Position numbers and translations under genes: made by a program
Part shown: one piece after another, positions 43,862 to 56,260 of the stretch
Layout of the letters: each line of letters starts with the position of its first letter
Position numbering within the stretch: position 1 is the stretch's first letter
Notes under the pieces: model-generated
Seen by the model: only the letters and a program-made list of their open reading frames with translations
What the model was told of the DNA's origin: nothing
Databases searched by the model: none
NCBI GenBank assembly: GCA_963827755.1
Contig: CAWHCQ010000011.1
Location: 128,001-192,000 of the forward strand
DNA: 64,000 nt
Origin: an uncultured Gammaproteobacteria bacterium
GTDB lineage: Bacteria; Pseudomonadota; Gammaproteobacteria; UBA9214
Direction: 5' to 3'

Positions 43862-44920
43862 TTATCGACTGTGTGCCAGTGGCTTGTCCGGCAGCATGCC
43901 GTGTATTTTTGTTATCTTGTCGAGTTGGGTTTTGAAGGCCGTAAAACATTCCGGATCAAAGTGCTTGCCGCTGTGGTTTTCCATGTATTCAAGCGCGGCT
44001 TGCATGGACCAGGCATTTTTATAAGGGCGATCAGATACCAGTGCATCATAGACGTCGGCGACGGCCACGATGCGTGCCTCAATCGGGATATCTTTACCTT
44101 TTTTGCCGTAAGGGTAGCCGGTGCCGTCGAATTTTTCATGATGCCCGAGTGCGATAATGCCGCCCAGCTGCAGGTACTTTGAAGGACTGTCCTTCAGAAT
44201 CTCATACCCGATTGTGGTGTGATTCTTCATTATCTCGAATTCTTCAGCCGTCAGTTTACCGGGTTTGAGCAGGATACCGTCCCTGATGCCAATCTTGCCG
44301 ATGTCGTGCATGGGTGCTGACATTTCAATGATTTCTGCATCCGCCTCGGAGAATCCCATTTGTTCTGCTATGAGACGTGAATACTTCGCCATGCGAATAA
44401 TGTGATTGCCTGTTTCCTCGTCCCGATATTCTCCGGCCCTCGCCAGCCGCAGCAGGGTTTCACGTTCGCGTAATCTGATTTCACTGGTAGCCTCGGCAAC
44501 ACGTCGTTCAAGCCAGCGGGAGCGGTCGCTGATAATCTTGTATTGCTGCGACTGGGTCAGCAGGTTGCGGCAGCGTGCGCGGCATTCATAGTGGTCAACC
44601 GGTTTCATCAGGAAGTCGGTGGCCCCGGCCTCCAGCGCATCGTAACGCACTTTTATGTCTTCAATGGAAGTCACCATGATGACAGGGATATGAGCGCAGG
44701 CCGGGTTGCTACGGAACTTCCTGATAAATTCAACGCCATTCATTTCCGGCATCTTGTAATCCACCAGCACCAGGTCGGCGGCTCTTTTTACCGTCCATTC
44801 GAGCGCCTCTACCGGGTTCGCAAACGCCTCTGTAACGAGGTTTCGCTCAAGCGTACTGACCAGCTGTTGCAGGATTTTGCGGCTGGTAAGCTGGTCATCA
44901 ATGATCAGAATTGTCGCCAT
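43862..44920 (-). CDS. rpfG: RpfG-type response regulator (REC + HD-GYP c-di-GMP phosphodiesterase)
   Basis: IIDDQLTSR, VDYKMP, EYRDEETGNH, MHDIGKIG, HHEKFDGTGYP, VADVYDAL..RPYK. Confidence 0.9.
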   Translation of the reverse strand: MATILIIDDQLTSRKILQQLVSTLERNLVTEAFANPVEALEWTVKRAADLVLVDYKMPEMNGVEFIRKFRSNPACAHIPVIMVTSIEDIKVRYDALEAGATDFLMKPVDHYECRARCRNLLTQSQQYKIISDRSRWLERRVAEATSEIRLRERETLLRLARAGEYRDEETGNHIIRMAKYSRLIAEQMGFSEADAEIIEMSAPMHDIGKIGIRDGILLKPGKLTAEEFEIMKNHTTIGYEILKDSPSKYLQLGGIIALGHHEKFDGTGYPYGKKGKDIPIEARIVAVADVYDALVSDRPYKNAWSMQAALEYMENHSGKHFDPECFTAFKTQLDKITKIHGMLPDKPLAHSR

Positions 44921-45246
44921 ACGAATTCACAAGTACCTGTCAAAATCCACGATAAATGCCTTCAAGGCCGCCCGTCTTGTCCCGGGTGCCCGGCCCGCAA
45001 ACCAGAATAATGTCATAACTATATGATGTAATATATGAAACATATTCTGTTACCCGACAAAACATGCTATCGGCAGAAGCGCATATATATTGAGTCTTGA
45101 TACCGGGCTTGATTCCGGGCCGGTTACCGTTCCCTTGAAATCTCAACCGCCCGGTTAACTGGTCAAATTACCCTGTGCAGCCGGCCATCCTTGCAGCAGA
45201 ACGCATGCCCGGTAGAATGTCGCCGAAAAGAGCCCGGGAATAGAGT

Positions 45247-45471
45247 ATGGTTGATGATCGCAAGAATGAGCCAAAAGTGCCTTCGTTTCTGGACGTGCTG
45301 GGAAGCGTCCTGGCGAGTATGTTCGGTGTGCAAAGTAATCGTAAGCGTGAAGAAGACTTCACCCACGGGAAGCCTTCGCAGTACATCGTCATCGGCTTGA
45401 TCGTGACGATAGTTTTTATTTTGACAATCTGGGGGGTGGTCAAGCTGGTGATGAAGCTGGCGGGTATCTAG
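45247..45471 (+). CDS. DUF2970-type small membrane protein
   Basis: SVLASMFGVQS..RE.DF and a TM helix. Confidence 0.82.
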   Translation: MVDDRKNEPKVPSFLDVLGSVLASMFGVQSNRKREEDFTHGKPSQYIVIGLIVTIVFILTIWGVVKLVMKLAGI

Positions 45472-45549
45472 TTGCGGTGTGCCGGGAAGTCACCACCTGA
45501 CAGACGGTCATATCTGAACCACCGTCCTTCATTAATAATGCAGTAAAGG

Positions 45550-48315
45550 TCAAAGCGCCTGGATCTTTTCTTTTTGTCCTTCCAGGTTATTGATGACCGA
45601 GCCAAGTTCGGTCGCACGTGCACGTTCCTTTTCGACGACATCGGCCGGGGCCTTGTCTACAAAGCCCGGGTTGAGAAGTTTTTTCTCGCAGCGGCCCAGT
45701 TCATTTATCTTCTTCTCGAGTTCTTTAGTCAGTCGCAGGATCTCGCTGTCCTTGTCGATCAGGCCTGCAAGCGGAATCAGCAGTTTCATATCGCCGACCA
45801 GCGCGGTGGAAGACTCCGGTGCTGTTTTATTTACATCCAGCCAGGTAACGGATTCAATACGGCCGACACTCTCGAGGTAACGCCGGTTTCTGTCGAGCCG
45901 TTGCCTGTCTGTTGCAGAGCCATCCTGCAGCAGTACGGGTAACAACTTGCGGGGGTCGATATTCATGCCGCTGCGAATCTTGCGCACTCCTATAATGAAA
46001 TCCTTCACCCAGTTGATTTCCGCAAGCGCATTCCGGTCGATCTTGCCGGTGTCGGGTGCCGGGTAGGGCTGGCGCATGATGGTTTTTCCCGCAACACCGG
46101 CAAGCGGTGCCATGCGTTGCCAGATCTCCTCGCTGATGAAGGGGGTCAACGGGTGGATCAGTCTTAAAACGGTCTCCATTACCACGACCAGGGTTCTGCG
46201 TGTGCCACGCAGTGCCCCGGCGTCACCGTCAGGGTCCGTCAGCACCGGTTTCGATAGCTCCAGGTACCAGTCGCAGTATTCGTCCCAGATAAAGGTGTAA
46301 ATGGCCTGTGCTGCAAGGTCAAAGCGGTAGTTTTCGATGGCCTCGATGACTTCCTGTTCGGTCTGCTGCAGCAGGCTGATTATCCATCGATCGGCATCAT
46401 TCAGCAGCACCTCGCTGCCGTCCTGGCCGCAGTCCTGGCCCTCGGTATTCATCAGCACATAGCGGGCGGCGTTCCACAGCTTGTTGCAGAAGTTGCGGTA
46501 GCCCTCGATCCGTCCCAGGTCGAAGTTGATGTCACGGCCGGTGGAGGCGAGGGCGGCAAAGGTAAAACGCAAGGCATCGGTACCGAATGCCGGTATGCCG
46601 TCCGGAAAGTCCTTGCGGGTCATCTTGTCGATCCTGTCCGCCATCTTCGGCTGCATCAGGCCGGCGCGGCGCTTGGCAACCAGTGCCTCCAGCTCGATGC
46701 CATCGATCAGGTCGATCGGGTCGAGTACATTGCCCTTGGACTTGGACATTTTCTGGCCGTGTGCATCGCGCACCAGCCCGTGAATATAAACCTCCCGAAA
46801 CGGGACTTCACCGGTGAACTTGAGCCCCATCATGATCATGCGGGCGACCCAGAAGAAAATTATGTCAAAACCGGTGACCAGTACGCTGGTCGGGTAGAAG
46901 GTGTTCAGTTCTTCGGTCTTTTCCGGCCAGCCCAGCGTGCTGAAAGGCCAGAGCGCGGATGAGAACCAGGTATCGAGTACGTCTTCATCCTGGTGCAGGG
47001 CGAGTTCATCATCCAGGCCGTGTTTTTCACGCGCTTCTTTCTCGCTGCGCCCGACGTAGATATTGCCGGCCTCGTCATACCAGGCCGGTATCCGGTGTCC
47101 CCACCAGATCTGGCGCGAGATGCACCAGTCCTGGATATTGCGCATCCATTCGAAATAGGTGTTCTTCCAGTTGTCCGGCACGAATTTGATGCGCCCGTCC
47201 TCGACCGCCCTGATGGCCGGTTCCGCCAGCGGTGCGATCTTCACAAACCACTGGTCGGTCAGGAACGGCTCAACCACGGCGCCGGAGCGGTCGCCGCGCG
47301 GCACCATCAGTTTGTGGTCCTCGACCTTCTCCAGCAGTCCCGCAGCCTCGAGGTCGGCGACGATCTGCCTGCGCGCCTCGTAACGATCCATGCCGCCGTA
47401 CCGGCCGGGGGCCTCGTCATTGATGCAGGCATCGATGGTGAGAATATTGATCACCGGCAGGTCGTGACGCTTGCCCATTTCGTCGTCATTGAAATCATGG
47501 GCCGGCGTGATTTTCACGCAGCCGGTGCCGAATTCCGGGTCGACATAGTCATCGGCGATGACGGGAATGTCACGGTCCGTCAGCGGCAGGCGAATGTGCT
47601 TGCCGATCATCGACTGATAGCGCTCGTCGTCGGGATGCACGGCGACCGCCGTGTCGCCGAGCATGGTCTCGGGCCGCGTCGTGGCGACGACGAGACTGCC
47701 GGAGCCGTCTGCCAGCGGATAGCGCATGTGCCAGAGATGGCCATCTTCCTCTTCGGAAACCACCTCGAGATCGGATACCGCGGTGTGCAGCACCGGGTCC
47801 CAGTTCACCAGGCGCTTGCCGCGGTAGATCAGGCCTTCTTCATAGAGGCGGACAAAGGTCTCCCTGACGGCCTGTGACAGGCCCTCGTCCATGGTGAAGC
47901 GCTCACGGCTCCAGTCCACGGATGAACCCATGCGCCGCAGCTGGCGGGTAATGGTCCCGCCGGATTCATGTTTCCACTCCCAGATGCGCTTGATGAATTT
48001 CTCGCGGCCGAGATCATGCCGGGTCAGGCTGTCGCTGTTGAGCTGGCGTTCGACCACCATCTGCGTCGCGATGCCCGCATGGTCGGTGCCGGGCTGCCAC
48101 AGGGTGTTGTCGCCGCGCATGCGGTGGTAGCGGGTCAGCGCGTCCATCAGGGTGTCCTGAAAGGCGTGCCCCATGTGCAGGCTGCCGGTTACATTCGGCG
48201 GCGGAATCATGATGCAGTAGGGCGCACCTTCACCGGAAGGCGCAAAATGTCCTTCCCGCTCCCAGGTTTCGTACCATTGCTGTTCTATGGCGTGCGGATT
48301 GTAGGTCTTTTCCAT
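45550..48315 (-). CDS. valS: Valine--tRNA ligase
   Basis: [25 protein letters not shown]. Confidence 0.98.
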   Translation of the reverse strand: MEKTYNPHAIEQQWYETWEREGHFAPSGEGAPYCIMIPPPNVTGSLHMGHAFQDTLMDALTRYHRMRGDNTLWQPGTDHAGIATQMVVERQLNSDSLTRHDLGREKFIKRIWEWKHESGGTITRQLRRMGSSVDWSRERFTMDEGLSQAVRETFVRLYEEGLIYRGKRLVNWDPVLHTAVSDLEVVSEEEDGHLWHMRYPLADGSGSLVVATTRPETMLGDTAVAVHPDDERYQSMIGKHIRLPLTDRDIPVIADDYVDPEFGTGCVKITPAHDFNDDEMGKRHDLPVINILTIDACINDEAPGRYGGMDRYEARRQIVADLEAAGLLEKVEDHKLMVPRGDRSGAVVEPFLTDQWFVKIAPLAEPAIRAVEDGRIKFVPDNWKNTYFEWMRNIQDWCISRQIWWGHRIPAWYDEAGNIYVGRSEKEAREKHGLDDELALHQDEDVLDTWFSSALWPFSTLGWPEKTEELNTFYPTSVLVTGFDIIFFWVARMIMMGLKFTGEVPFREVYIHGLVRDAHGQKMSKSKGNVLDPIDLIDGIELEALVAKRRAGLMQPKMADRIDKMTRKDFPDGIPAFGTDALRFTFAALASTGRDINFDLGRIEGYRNFCNKLWNAARYVLMNTEGQDCGQDGSEVLLNDADRWIISLLQQTEQEVIEAIENYRFDLAAQAIYTFIWDEYCDWYLELSKPVLTDPDGDAGALRGTRRTLVVVMETVLRLIHPLTPFISEEIWQRMAPLAGVAGKTIMRQPYPAPDTGKIDRNALAEINWVKDFIIGVRKIRSGMNIDPRKLLPVLLQDGSATDRQRLDRNRRYLESVGRIESVTWLDVNKTAPESSTALVGDMKLLIPLAGLIDKDSEILRLTKELEKKINELGRCEKKLLNPGFVDKAPADVVEKERARATELGSVINNLEGQKEKIQAL

Positions 48316-48411
48316 GGCTGGCGTTATTCAGTCAAGCGGGACCCGGGCGAGGCCAGGGCGATGGATTATACCTGAAGGAAGTGTTTTTTCAGGGTTGCCC
48401 CCGACTACCGT

Positions 48412-48788
48412 TTATTCAGGGCTGTCGCCGGACACCTGCAGGGCCTCGGCAACCATGTCGGGCAGGGCGGATTCAAGCTGCTGACGAACGGCTTCAGACG
48501 ATATCGCATCACTGTCATTCAGTGCCATGCCAATGGCCTGTTCGAGGACGGGTTGTAATGCCTGCTCCATTTGCTGGCAGACGCTGCGGGTAAGTGTGGC
48601 GGCGACTTCCTCGATCTGTTTTCGGAACGACTCATTACCCAGCAGTTCATCGGCAATCTCCCGGGGCGCCATGTCCGATGCCCGCCTGGCGAGGCGCATG
48701 TCCGGCGGCTCCGGTTCATAATCGTCGCGCACGATGTCCGTCAGTATCGGGATACCTTCTTCGTCGAGAGACAGTTCTTCAGCGTTTT

Positions 48789-48792
<4 letters not shown>
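48412..48792 (-). CDS. Hypothetical protein between holC and valS
   Basis: IPILTDIV motif, helical; overlaps the holC stop. Confidence 0.65.
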
Positions 48793-50702
<1,910 letters not shown>

Positions 50703-50862
50703 GCAGCGTCCCTTTATGTGATGATGGTTGTGATTGCAGTTCGCGGGCCTTGTGTTATACGGTAGTCGCGTTCCTGATCGATGCCTGCCAGCAGCGTTAA
50801 TATATCAGGGAAGTGTACTGGAAGCAGGCATGATTTTCATGCTGCCAATCGGGCCCATCCGG

Positions 50863-51962
50863 ATGATCCGTGTTTTTGATCGTTACCTGCTAAGAGAAGT
50901 GATTCACGGCTGGCTGGTCGTGACCGTCATCCTCTGGCTGATTCTTGTCAGTAATCGACTGGTGCAGTACCTGGGTGATGCAGCAGCCGGTGAGATACCG
51001 GGTAACGTGGTGTTTAAACTGCTGGGTCTGAAGATGGTCTGGTACCTGGTGCACGTGGTCCCGTTCGCCCTGGCGCTGGGCGTGATTATCGGGCTGGGCC
51101 GCATGTATCGCGATAATGAAATGACCGTGATGGCGGCCTGCGGGGTCGGGCCCGGACAGATCTACAAGCCACTGCTGACACTCGGCGTCGTCGTCGCTGT
51201 TCTGCTTGGCTGGCTGTCGCTCTATGCCGGACCAGCCGTCGAGGGTATGAGTCTGCAGGTAAGGGCATGAAGCAGAACAGCAGGCAGATCTTACGGTGCT
51301 GGGCGCGGGTCGCTTCAATGCCATACAGGGTGGCCGCCTGACGTTTTATGCCGAACGACTCTCAAAGGACAAGCAGCAGATGGAGAACCTGTTTATTGTT
51401 GTCAGCGGCCATGCTGGCGACGAAACTGCCCTGCAGCTATTAAGGGCAGAGTCTGCCTACCGAAAACGGGATACAGCAAGCGGTGATGATTTCCTGGTGC
51501 TGGTCGATGGTTACCGTTACGAAGGCACGCCCGGCATGAAAAACTACCGGATTATGAAGTTCGGGGAATACGGTGTACGTATTGATTTGCCGGGCGTGCA
51601 GAGAGTCTCCTCGAAGCTGGTTGCGACGCCAACCGCACTGCTGCTTGGTTCGGCTGATCCTGAAAAGCGTGCCGAGCTGCAATGGCGTCTCGCCATGCCG
51701 TCTGTCGGTCATGGTGTTGCTGTTTCTCTCGGTGCCGCTGTGCAAATCCTCGCCGCGACAGGGTCGTTATGGCCGCCTGGTGATGGCCATCCTGCTGTTC
51801 GTGGTCTATTACAACCTGCTGGGCGCCGCAAAGGTGTGGGTTGAGCAGGGCGACGTGCCGGCCTCTATCGGCCTGTGGTGGGTGCCGCTATTGACCGTAA
51901 TCCTGGCCCTGGTCCTGCTCAACAGTGACCGGCTGGCCGGCCGCTTCGGGCGTTCTGCATGA
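50863..51962 (+). CDS. lptF: LPS export permease LptF; apparent indels near 51268 and 51700
   Basis: DRYLLRE, GRMYRDNEM..M.ACG, ELQWRLA, PRQGRYG spread over three frames; divergent from pepA. Confidence 0.92.
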
Positions 51963-53020
51963 AGATCCTGGACCGCTACATTGCAGTGGCGATTGCTGCA
52001 GGCACGGGGATTGCGCTGCTGGTCATCGTTGGCCTGGATGTTTTCTTTAACATCATCGGCCAGCTGGACAAGGTTGGCGTGGGTACCTACAGCCTCTGGA
52101 AGATGTTCCTGTTTGTCGCGCTGACGACACCGAAAAGCATCTACGAGATGTTCCCGATGGCCGCGTTGCTTGGCAGCCTGATCGGCATGGGTATGCTGGC
52201 AGCCAGCAGTGAGCTGATTGCCATGCGGGCAAGCGGCATCCCGGTCTGGCGCATTGTGCGATCGGTGCTGCAGGCCGGCGTGCTGATGCTGGTTGTGGTC
52301 GTCATGGTTGGTGAGCTGGTCGCACCACCGGCGGAACACTACGGACAAAAATTGCGCGCTGCCGCCACCAACAAGGCGGCGAGCTTCCTCGGCACCCTGG
52401 GCCTGTGGGTGCGTGATGGCAACTATTACATCAATGTAAAGAAGATCCTCAGCGACGAAAACCTGGCCGGTCTCACGATCTACGAGTTCGAGGACGATTC
52501 CAGTCTGTCCGTGATCACGACATCTGCGCAGGCGCAGGTTGAAAACGATGTATGGCAGCTGATCGATGTCGAGCAGACACGGTTCGATGATAACCAGGTG
52601 GTAGTGCAGCACTATGATCAGCTGGAGCGGCAGACGCTGGTATCACCCGAGTTGCTCAGCGTCGTCGTGATGAAGCCGCAGACCATGTCGGTTGTCGCTA
52701 TTTCCCAGCTGGTTGATTACCTCGAGGAGAATGGTCTTGATGCACAACAGTACCGTTACGCCTTCTGGGGGCGCCTGATGACCCCGTTTGCCTCGCTGGT
52801 CATGCTGCTGGTATCCGTGCCCTTCGTCTTCGGCGGCTTGCGTTCCGTGCCCACGGGACAGCGTATTTTTATCGGCATTCTTGTCGGCTTCGGGTTTTAC
52901 GTGGTCACCCAGATTTCCAGCCAGATGGGGCAGGTATACGGGATCAACCCGCTACTCGCCACGCTGGTGCCAGGTCTTTTGTTCATGTTGCTCGGTATTC
53001 GTGCAATTCAAAAGATCTGA
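51959..53020 (+). CDS. lptG: LPS export permease LptG
   Basis: MKILDRYI, SELIAMRASG, FVFGGLR. Confidence 0.95.
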   Translation: MKILDRYIAVAIAAGTGIALLVIVGLDVFFNIIGQLDKVGVGTYSLWKMFLFVALTTPKSIYEMFPMAALLGSLIGMGMLAASSELIAMRASGIPVWRIVRSVLQAGVLMLVVVVMVGELVAPPAEHYGQKLRAAATNKAASFLGTLGLWVRDGNYYINVKKILSDENLAGLTIYEFEDDSSLSVITTSAQAQVENDVWQLIDVEQTRFDDNQVVVQHYDQLERQTLVSPELLSVVVMKPQTMSVVAISQLVDYLEENGLDAQQYRYAFWGRLMTPFASLVMLLVSVPFVFGGLRSVPTGQRIFIGILVGFGFYVVTQISSQMGQVYGINPLLATLVPGLLFMLLGIRAIQKI

Positions 53021-53022
53021 TT

Positions 53023-53457
53023 CTATTTCGGCAGCCTGACGATCACCGACTCCGAGAAGCGGTCATGCCAGGTCATTTTGTCCCGATCGACCAGCATCCA
53101 CAGAAAACCCAGCCCGGCAAACGCCAGGGAAGGGATGGCGACCAGGAAACGCAACAGGGCCTGCCAGATAGTGATGGGACGTCCATCGATGTTCTGAATG
53201 CGCAGTCTCCATGCACGCATACCCAGGGTCTGGCCGCCGTGCAGCCAGAACCAGGCATAGAAAGAAAAGCAGATCAGGAACAGCAGGGTCCTGAAAAACG
53301 GATTGTGCGTATGCAGTGTGCCCCTGGTAACCAGTAACGCGATCGCCGTTGCGATCACCAGTACCGAGAGCAGTAACAGCGAGTCATAGAATATTGCGGC
53401 CAGGCGGACAAGCAGGCCAGCCGGTTTGTAGCCGGGTTTATTGTCAGGTTTGTCCAT
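53023..53457 (-). CDS. RDD family membrane protein
   Basis: RLAAIFYD, GQTLGMRAW, WHDRFS. Confidence 0.92.
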   Translation of the reverse strand: MDKPDNKPGYKPAGLLVRLAAIFYDSLLLLSVLVIATAIALLVTRGTLHTHNPFFRTLLFLICFSFYAWFWLHGGQTLGMRAWRLRIQNIDGRPITIWQALLRFLVAIPSLAFAGLGFLWMLVDRDKMTWHDRFSESVIVRLPK

Positions 53458-53548
53458 TATAATCTTTTGCTGCACTGGCCGGAATCGCGCAATTTCCCCT
53501 GACCGCATCAGCCCCGGGCCGGGTTGCAGGCCGTGAACAGCATGTAAA

Positions 53549-53623
53549 TGGTGCTCCCTAGGGGACTCGAACCCCTGTTACCGGCGTGAGAGGCCAGTGT
53601 CCTAACCACTAGACGAAGGGAGC
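53549..53623 (-). tRNA. tRNA-Glu (anticodon CTC)
   Basis: GCTCCCTTCGTCTAGTGGTTAGGACACTGGCCTCTCACGCCGGTAACAGGGGTTCGAGTCCCCTAGGGAGCACCA folds as a cloverleaf with encoded CCA. Confidence 0.95.
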
Positions 53624-53647
53624 AGTACAGGGCTTGAAAGCGATGGT

Positions 53648-53675
53648 ATTATACGCCCTGTCTTTTCATCTACAA
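53648..53675 (-). promoter_or_regulatory. Sigma-70 promoter of tRNA-Glu
   Basis: Minus strand TTGTAG-16 bp-TATAAT. Confidence 0.6.
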
Positions 53676-53684
53676 GTAAATACA

Positions 53685-55010
53685 GTGAGCGAAGCCGGCA
53701 GCGTAAAAATACATACCGAACCCGACATTATCACCCGTGCCGAGCATTCGATTTCCCGCGGCAATATCAGCCCCAATGCGCTGAAGGTGTTATATCGATT
53801 AAAGGATTCCGGTTACCAGGCGCACCTGGTGGGCGGCGGTGTGCGTGACCTGCTGCTGGGGCGTGAGCCAAAAGACTTCGATATCGTGACCGATGCGGTC
53901 CCTGAAGACGTGCGCAGGCTGTTTCGCAACTGCCGCCTGATCGGCCGCCGTTTTCGACTCGCGCATGTGCTGTTCGGCCGCGAGGTCATCGAGGTGGCCA
54001 CCTTCCGCGCCCTGCAGGATGACGATGATGACGGGGACAAGCGTCATGTCGATGGTGAAGGCCGCATCGTGCGCGACAATATTTTCGGCAATATAGGAGG
54101 CGACGCCTTCCGCCGCGACTTCACGGTAAATGCCCTCTATTACAATATTGCGGATTTCTCGATCACCGACTACGCCGGGGGCATGCAGGATATCAAGGCC
54201 GGCCTGCTGCGCCTCATCGGTGATCCCGAGACCCGCTACCGCGAAGACCCGGTGCGCATGTTGCGCGCTGTCCGCTTTGCCACCAAGCTGGGATTTCGTA
54301 TCGAGAAGAGCAGTGAAGAGCCGATCGAGCAGCTGGCACCCCTGTTGGCAGATATCCCGCCGGCGCGGTTGTTTGACGAAATGCTGAAGCTGTTCATGGG
54401 CGGTCATGCGCTGGCAAACTTTGAAATGCTGCGCCATTACAGCCTGTTTGGCCAGTTGTTCCCTTTGACGGAGCAGGCCCTGACGCACGAGGAAGAACAT
54501 TTCCCGTTAACACTGATCAGCCGGGGCATGGAAAATACCGACACCCGGGTCGGACAGGGCAAGCCGGTAACGCCGGCTTTTCTGTTTGCGTTGTTTCTCT
54601 GGCAGCCGGTGCGTGAGCGTGCCGCAATGCTGGAAGCCGGGGGGCAGCACAAGGCCGAGGCCCTGCAGCATGCCGGCTCGCAGATTATTATCGAACAGGC
54701 GGCGATCATGTCATTGCCGCGACGTTTTTCCCTGCCGATGCGCGAGATATGGATGCTGCAGCTGCGTCTCGAGAACATGGGCGGTCGACGCAGTATGCGT
54801 GTCCTTGCCCATCCGCGCTTCCGTGCAGCCTATGATTTTCTGTTGCTGCGCGGCGAAGCCGGCGAGGTGTCACGCGAAGCGGGCGAATGGTGGACAGAGC
54901 TGCAGGAAAAAAACCCGTCAAATGTTGCACAGGCAGACAGCGAGCCGCGTGCAGGAAAAGGCCGGCGCCGTCGCCGTCCGCGTAAACGGTCCGGTGGAGG
55001 CCAGTCATGA
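53685..55010 (+). CDS. pcnB: Poly(A) polymerase I (start uncertain)
   Basis: VGGGVRDLL, PKDFD, LIGRRFRLAHV, RRDFTVNAL, FRAAYDFL; Arg-rich tail. Confidence 0.96.
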   Translation: MSEAGSVKIHTEPDIITRAEHSISRGNISPNALKVLYRLKDSGYQAHLVGGGVRDLLLGREPKDFDIVTDAVPEDVRRLFRNCRLIGRRFRLAHVLFGREVIEVATFRALQDDDDDGDKRHVDGEGRIVRDNIFGNIGGDAFRRDFTVNALYYNIADFSITDYAGGMQDIKAGLLRLIGDPETRYREDPVRMLRAVRFATKLGFRIEKSSEEPIEQLAPLLADIPPARLFDEMLKLFMGGHALANFEMLRHYSLFGQLFPLTEQALTHEEEHFPLTLISRGMENTDTRVGQGKPVTPAFLFALFLWQPVRERAAMLEAGGQHKAEALQHAGSQIIIEQAAIMSLPRRFSLPMREIWMLQLRLENMGGRRSMRVLAHPRFRAAYDFLLLRGEAGEVSREAGEWWTELQEKNPSNVAQADSEPRAGKGRRRRRPRKRSGGGQS

Positions 55011-55498
55011 CAGTTCGTGCTTACATCGGTATAGGAAGCAACCTGGACAACCCGGTTGCACAGGTCAAGGATGCCTTCGAAGAAATCGGATACCTGCCGG
55101 ATTCCATTATTTTTGCGAAATCCAGTCTCTACGGGTGCAAGCCAATGGGGCCGTCAGACCAGCCGGATTATGTCAATGCGGTTGCGGCACTGGATACCCT
55201 GCTGTCTGCCGAGGACCTGTTCCGCGAACTGGTAAAGATTGAAGACATGCAGGGGCGAACCCGGGATGGCGAGAAATGGGGTCCGCGTGTGCTGGACCTG
55301 GATTTATTGCTCTATGGCAAAAAGAAGATCAGCAAGAAGGACCTGATCGTGCCCCATCCCGGCATGCATGAACGTGATTTTGTCATCATTCCCCTGGCTG
55401 AAGTCGCGGGCAATATCAGTATTCCGGGCCTTGGCAAGCTGGGAGGCCTGCTGGGCCAGTGCGAGAATCATTCAGTGAAGAAACTGGTTACCGGTTAA
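55007..55498 (+). CDS. folK: 2-amino-4-hydroxy-6-hydroxymethyldihydropteridine diphosphokinase
   Basis: IGSNL, WGPRVLDLDLL, PHP.MHER.FV. Confidence 0.96.
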   Translation: MTVRAYIGIGSNLDNPVAQVKDAFEEIGYLPDSIIFAKSSLYGCKPMGPSDQPDYVNAVAALDTLLSAEDLFRELVKIEDMQGRTRDGEKWGPRVLDLDLLLYGKKKISKKDLIVPHPGMHERDFVIIPLAEVAGNISIPGLGKLGGLLGQCENHSVKKLVTG

Positions 55499-56148
55499 TG
55501 GCTGAAGCACCACCGGGTTATATTGCCGTTGAGGGACCGATCGGTGTTGGCAAGACCAGCCTGGCGCGGCGTCTTGCAGAAAGCTTCGAGACCGACCTGG
55601 TGCTGGAAGGTTCCGACGAAAACCCTTTTCTGGAACGCTTCTACCAGGACCCGCGCGCGGGCGCATTGCCGGCGCAGTTGTTTTTTCTGTTCCAGCGGGC
55701 ACGCCAGATCGAGGCCATGCGCCAGGCCGACATGTTCCAGCCGGTGCGTGTCACCGATTTCATGATGGAAAAGGACCACCTGTTTGCCGAGCTGACGCTG
55801 GATGCCGAGGAGCTGAAGCTTTACCAGCAGGTCTACGACCACGTTACCGTGGATGCGCCGGTACCGGACCTGGTGATTTATCTGCAGGCCCCCGAGGATA
55901 TTCTGCTGAAACGCATTGCCAAGCGCGGTATCCGCTACGAGCGCAAGATCGATGCGAACTACTTGCGCAGCCTCTCCGATGCCTACGCCCGGCTGTTTCT
56001 TGACTATGACGCAGCGCCTTTATTGATTGTCAATGCGGCGAATATCGACCTTGTTGACAACGAGGAGGATTATGCCGCCCTGCTGGAAGAGATCCATGCC
56101 GCGAGGAAAGGGCGGCAGTACTTTAACCCGATGTCGGCGGCTATCTAG
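55498..56148 (+). CDS. Deoxynucleoside kinase
   Basis: EGPIGVGKT, NPFLERFY, PDLVIYLQA. Confidence 0.92.
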   Translation: MAEAPPGYIAVEGPIGVGKTSLARRLAESFETDLVLEGSDENPFLERFYQDPRAGALPAQLFFLFQRARQIEAMRQADMFQPVRVTDFMMEKDHLFAELTLDAEELKLYQQVYDHVTVDAPVPDLVIYLQAPEDILLKRIAKRGIRYERKIDANYLRSLSDAYARLFLDYDAAPLLIVNAANIDLVDNEEDYAALLEEIHAARKGRQYFNPMSAAI

Positions 56149-56260
56149 CGCGGTCTGCTCCTGCTGCCGGTTCACTCTTCGAACAAGACAGAGAATTCCC
56201 TCTCCCTTCGGGAAAGGGCCAGAAACCATGTCCGGCTTGTACAAACGGGGCCGCAATGTA

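Noticed and set aside
45005-45050. TCATA-ACTA-TATGA palindrome upstream of rpfG as a regulator site
   Set aside because: A short palindrome in AT-rich DNA is expected by chance, and no second copy was noticed at the other rpf promoters.
53549-53623. tRNA as an integration site for an island or prophage
   Set aside because: No integrase and no duplicated tRNA 3' end were seen; both flanks are conserved genes.
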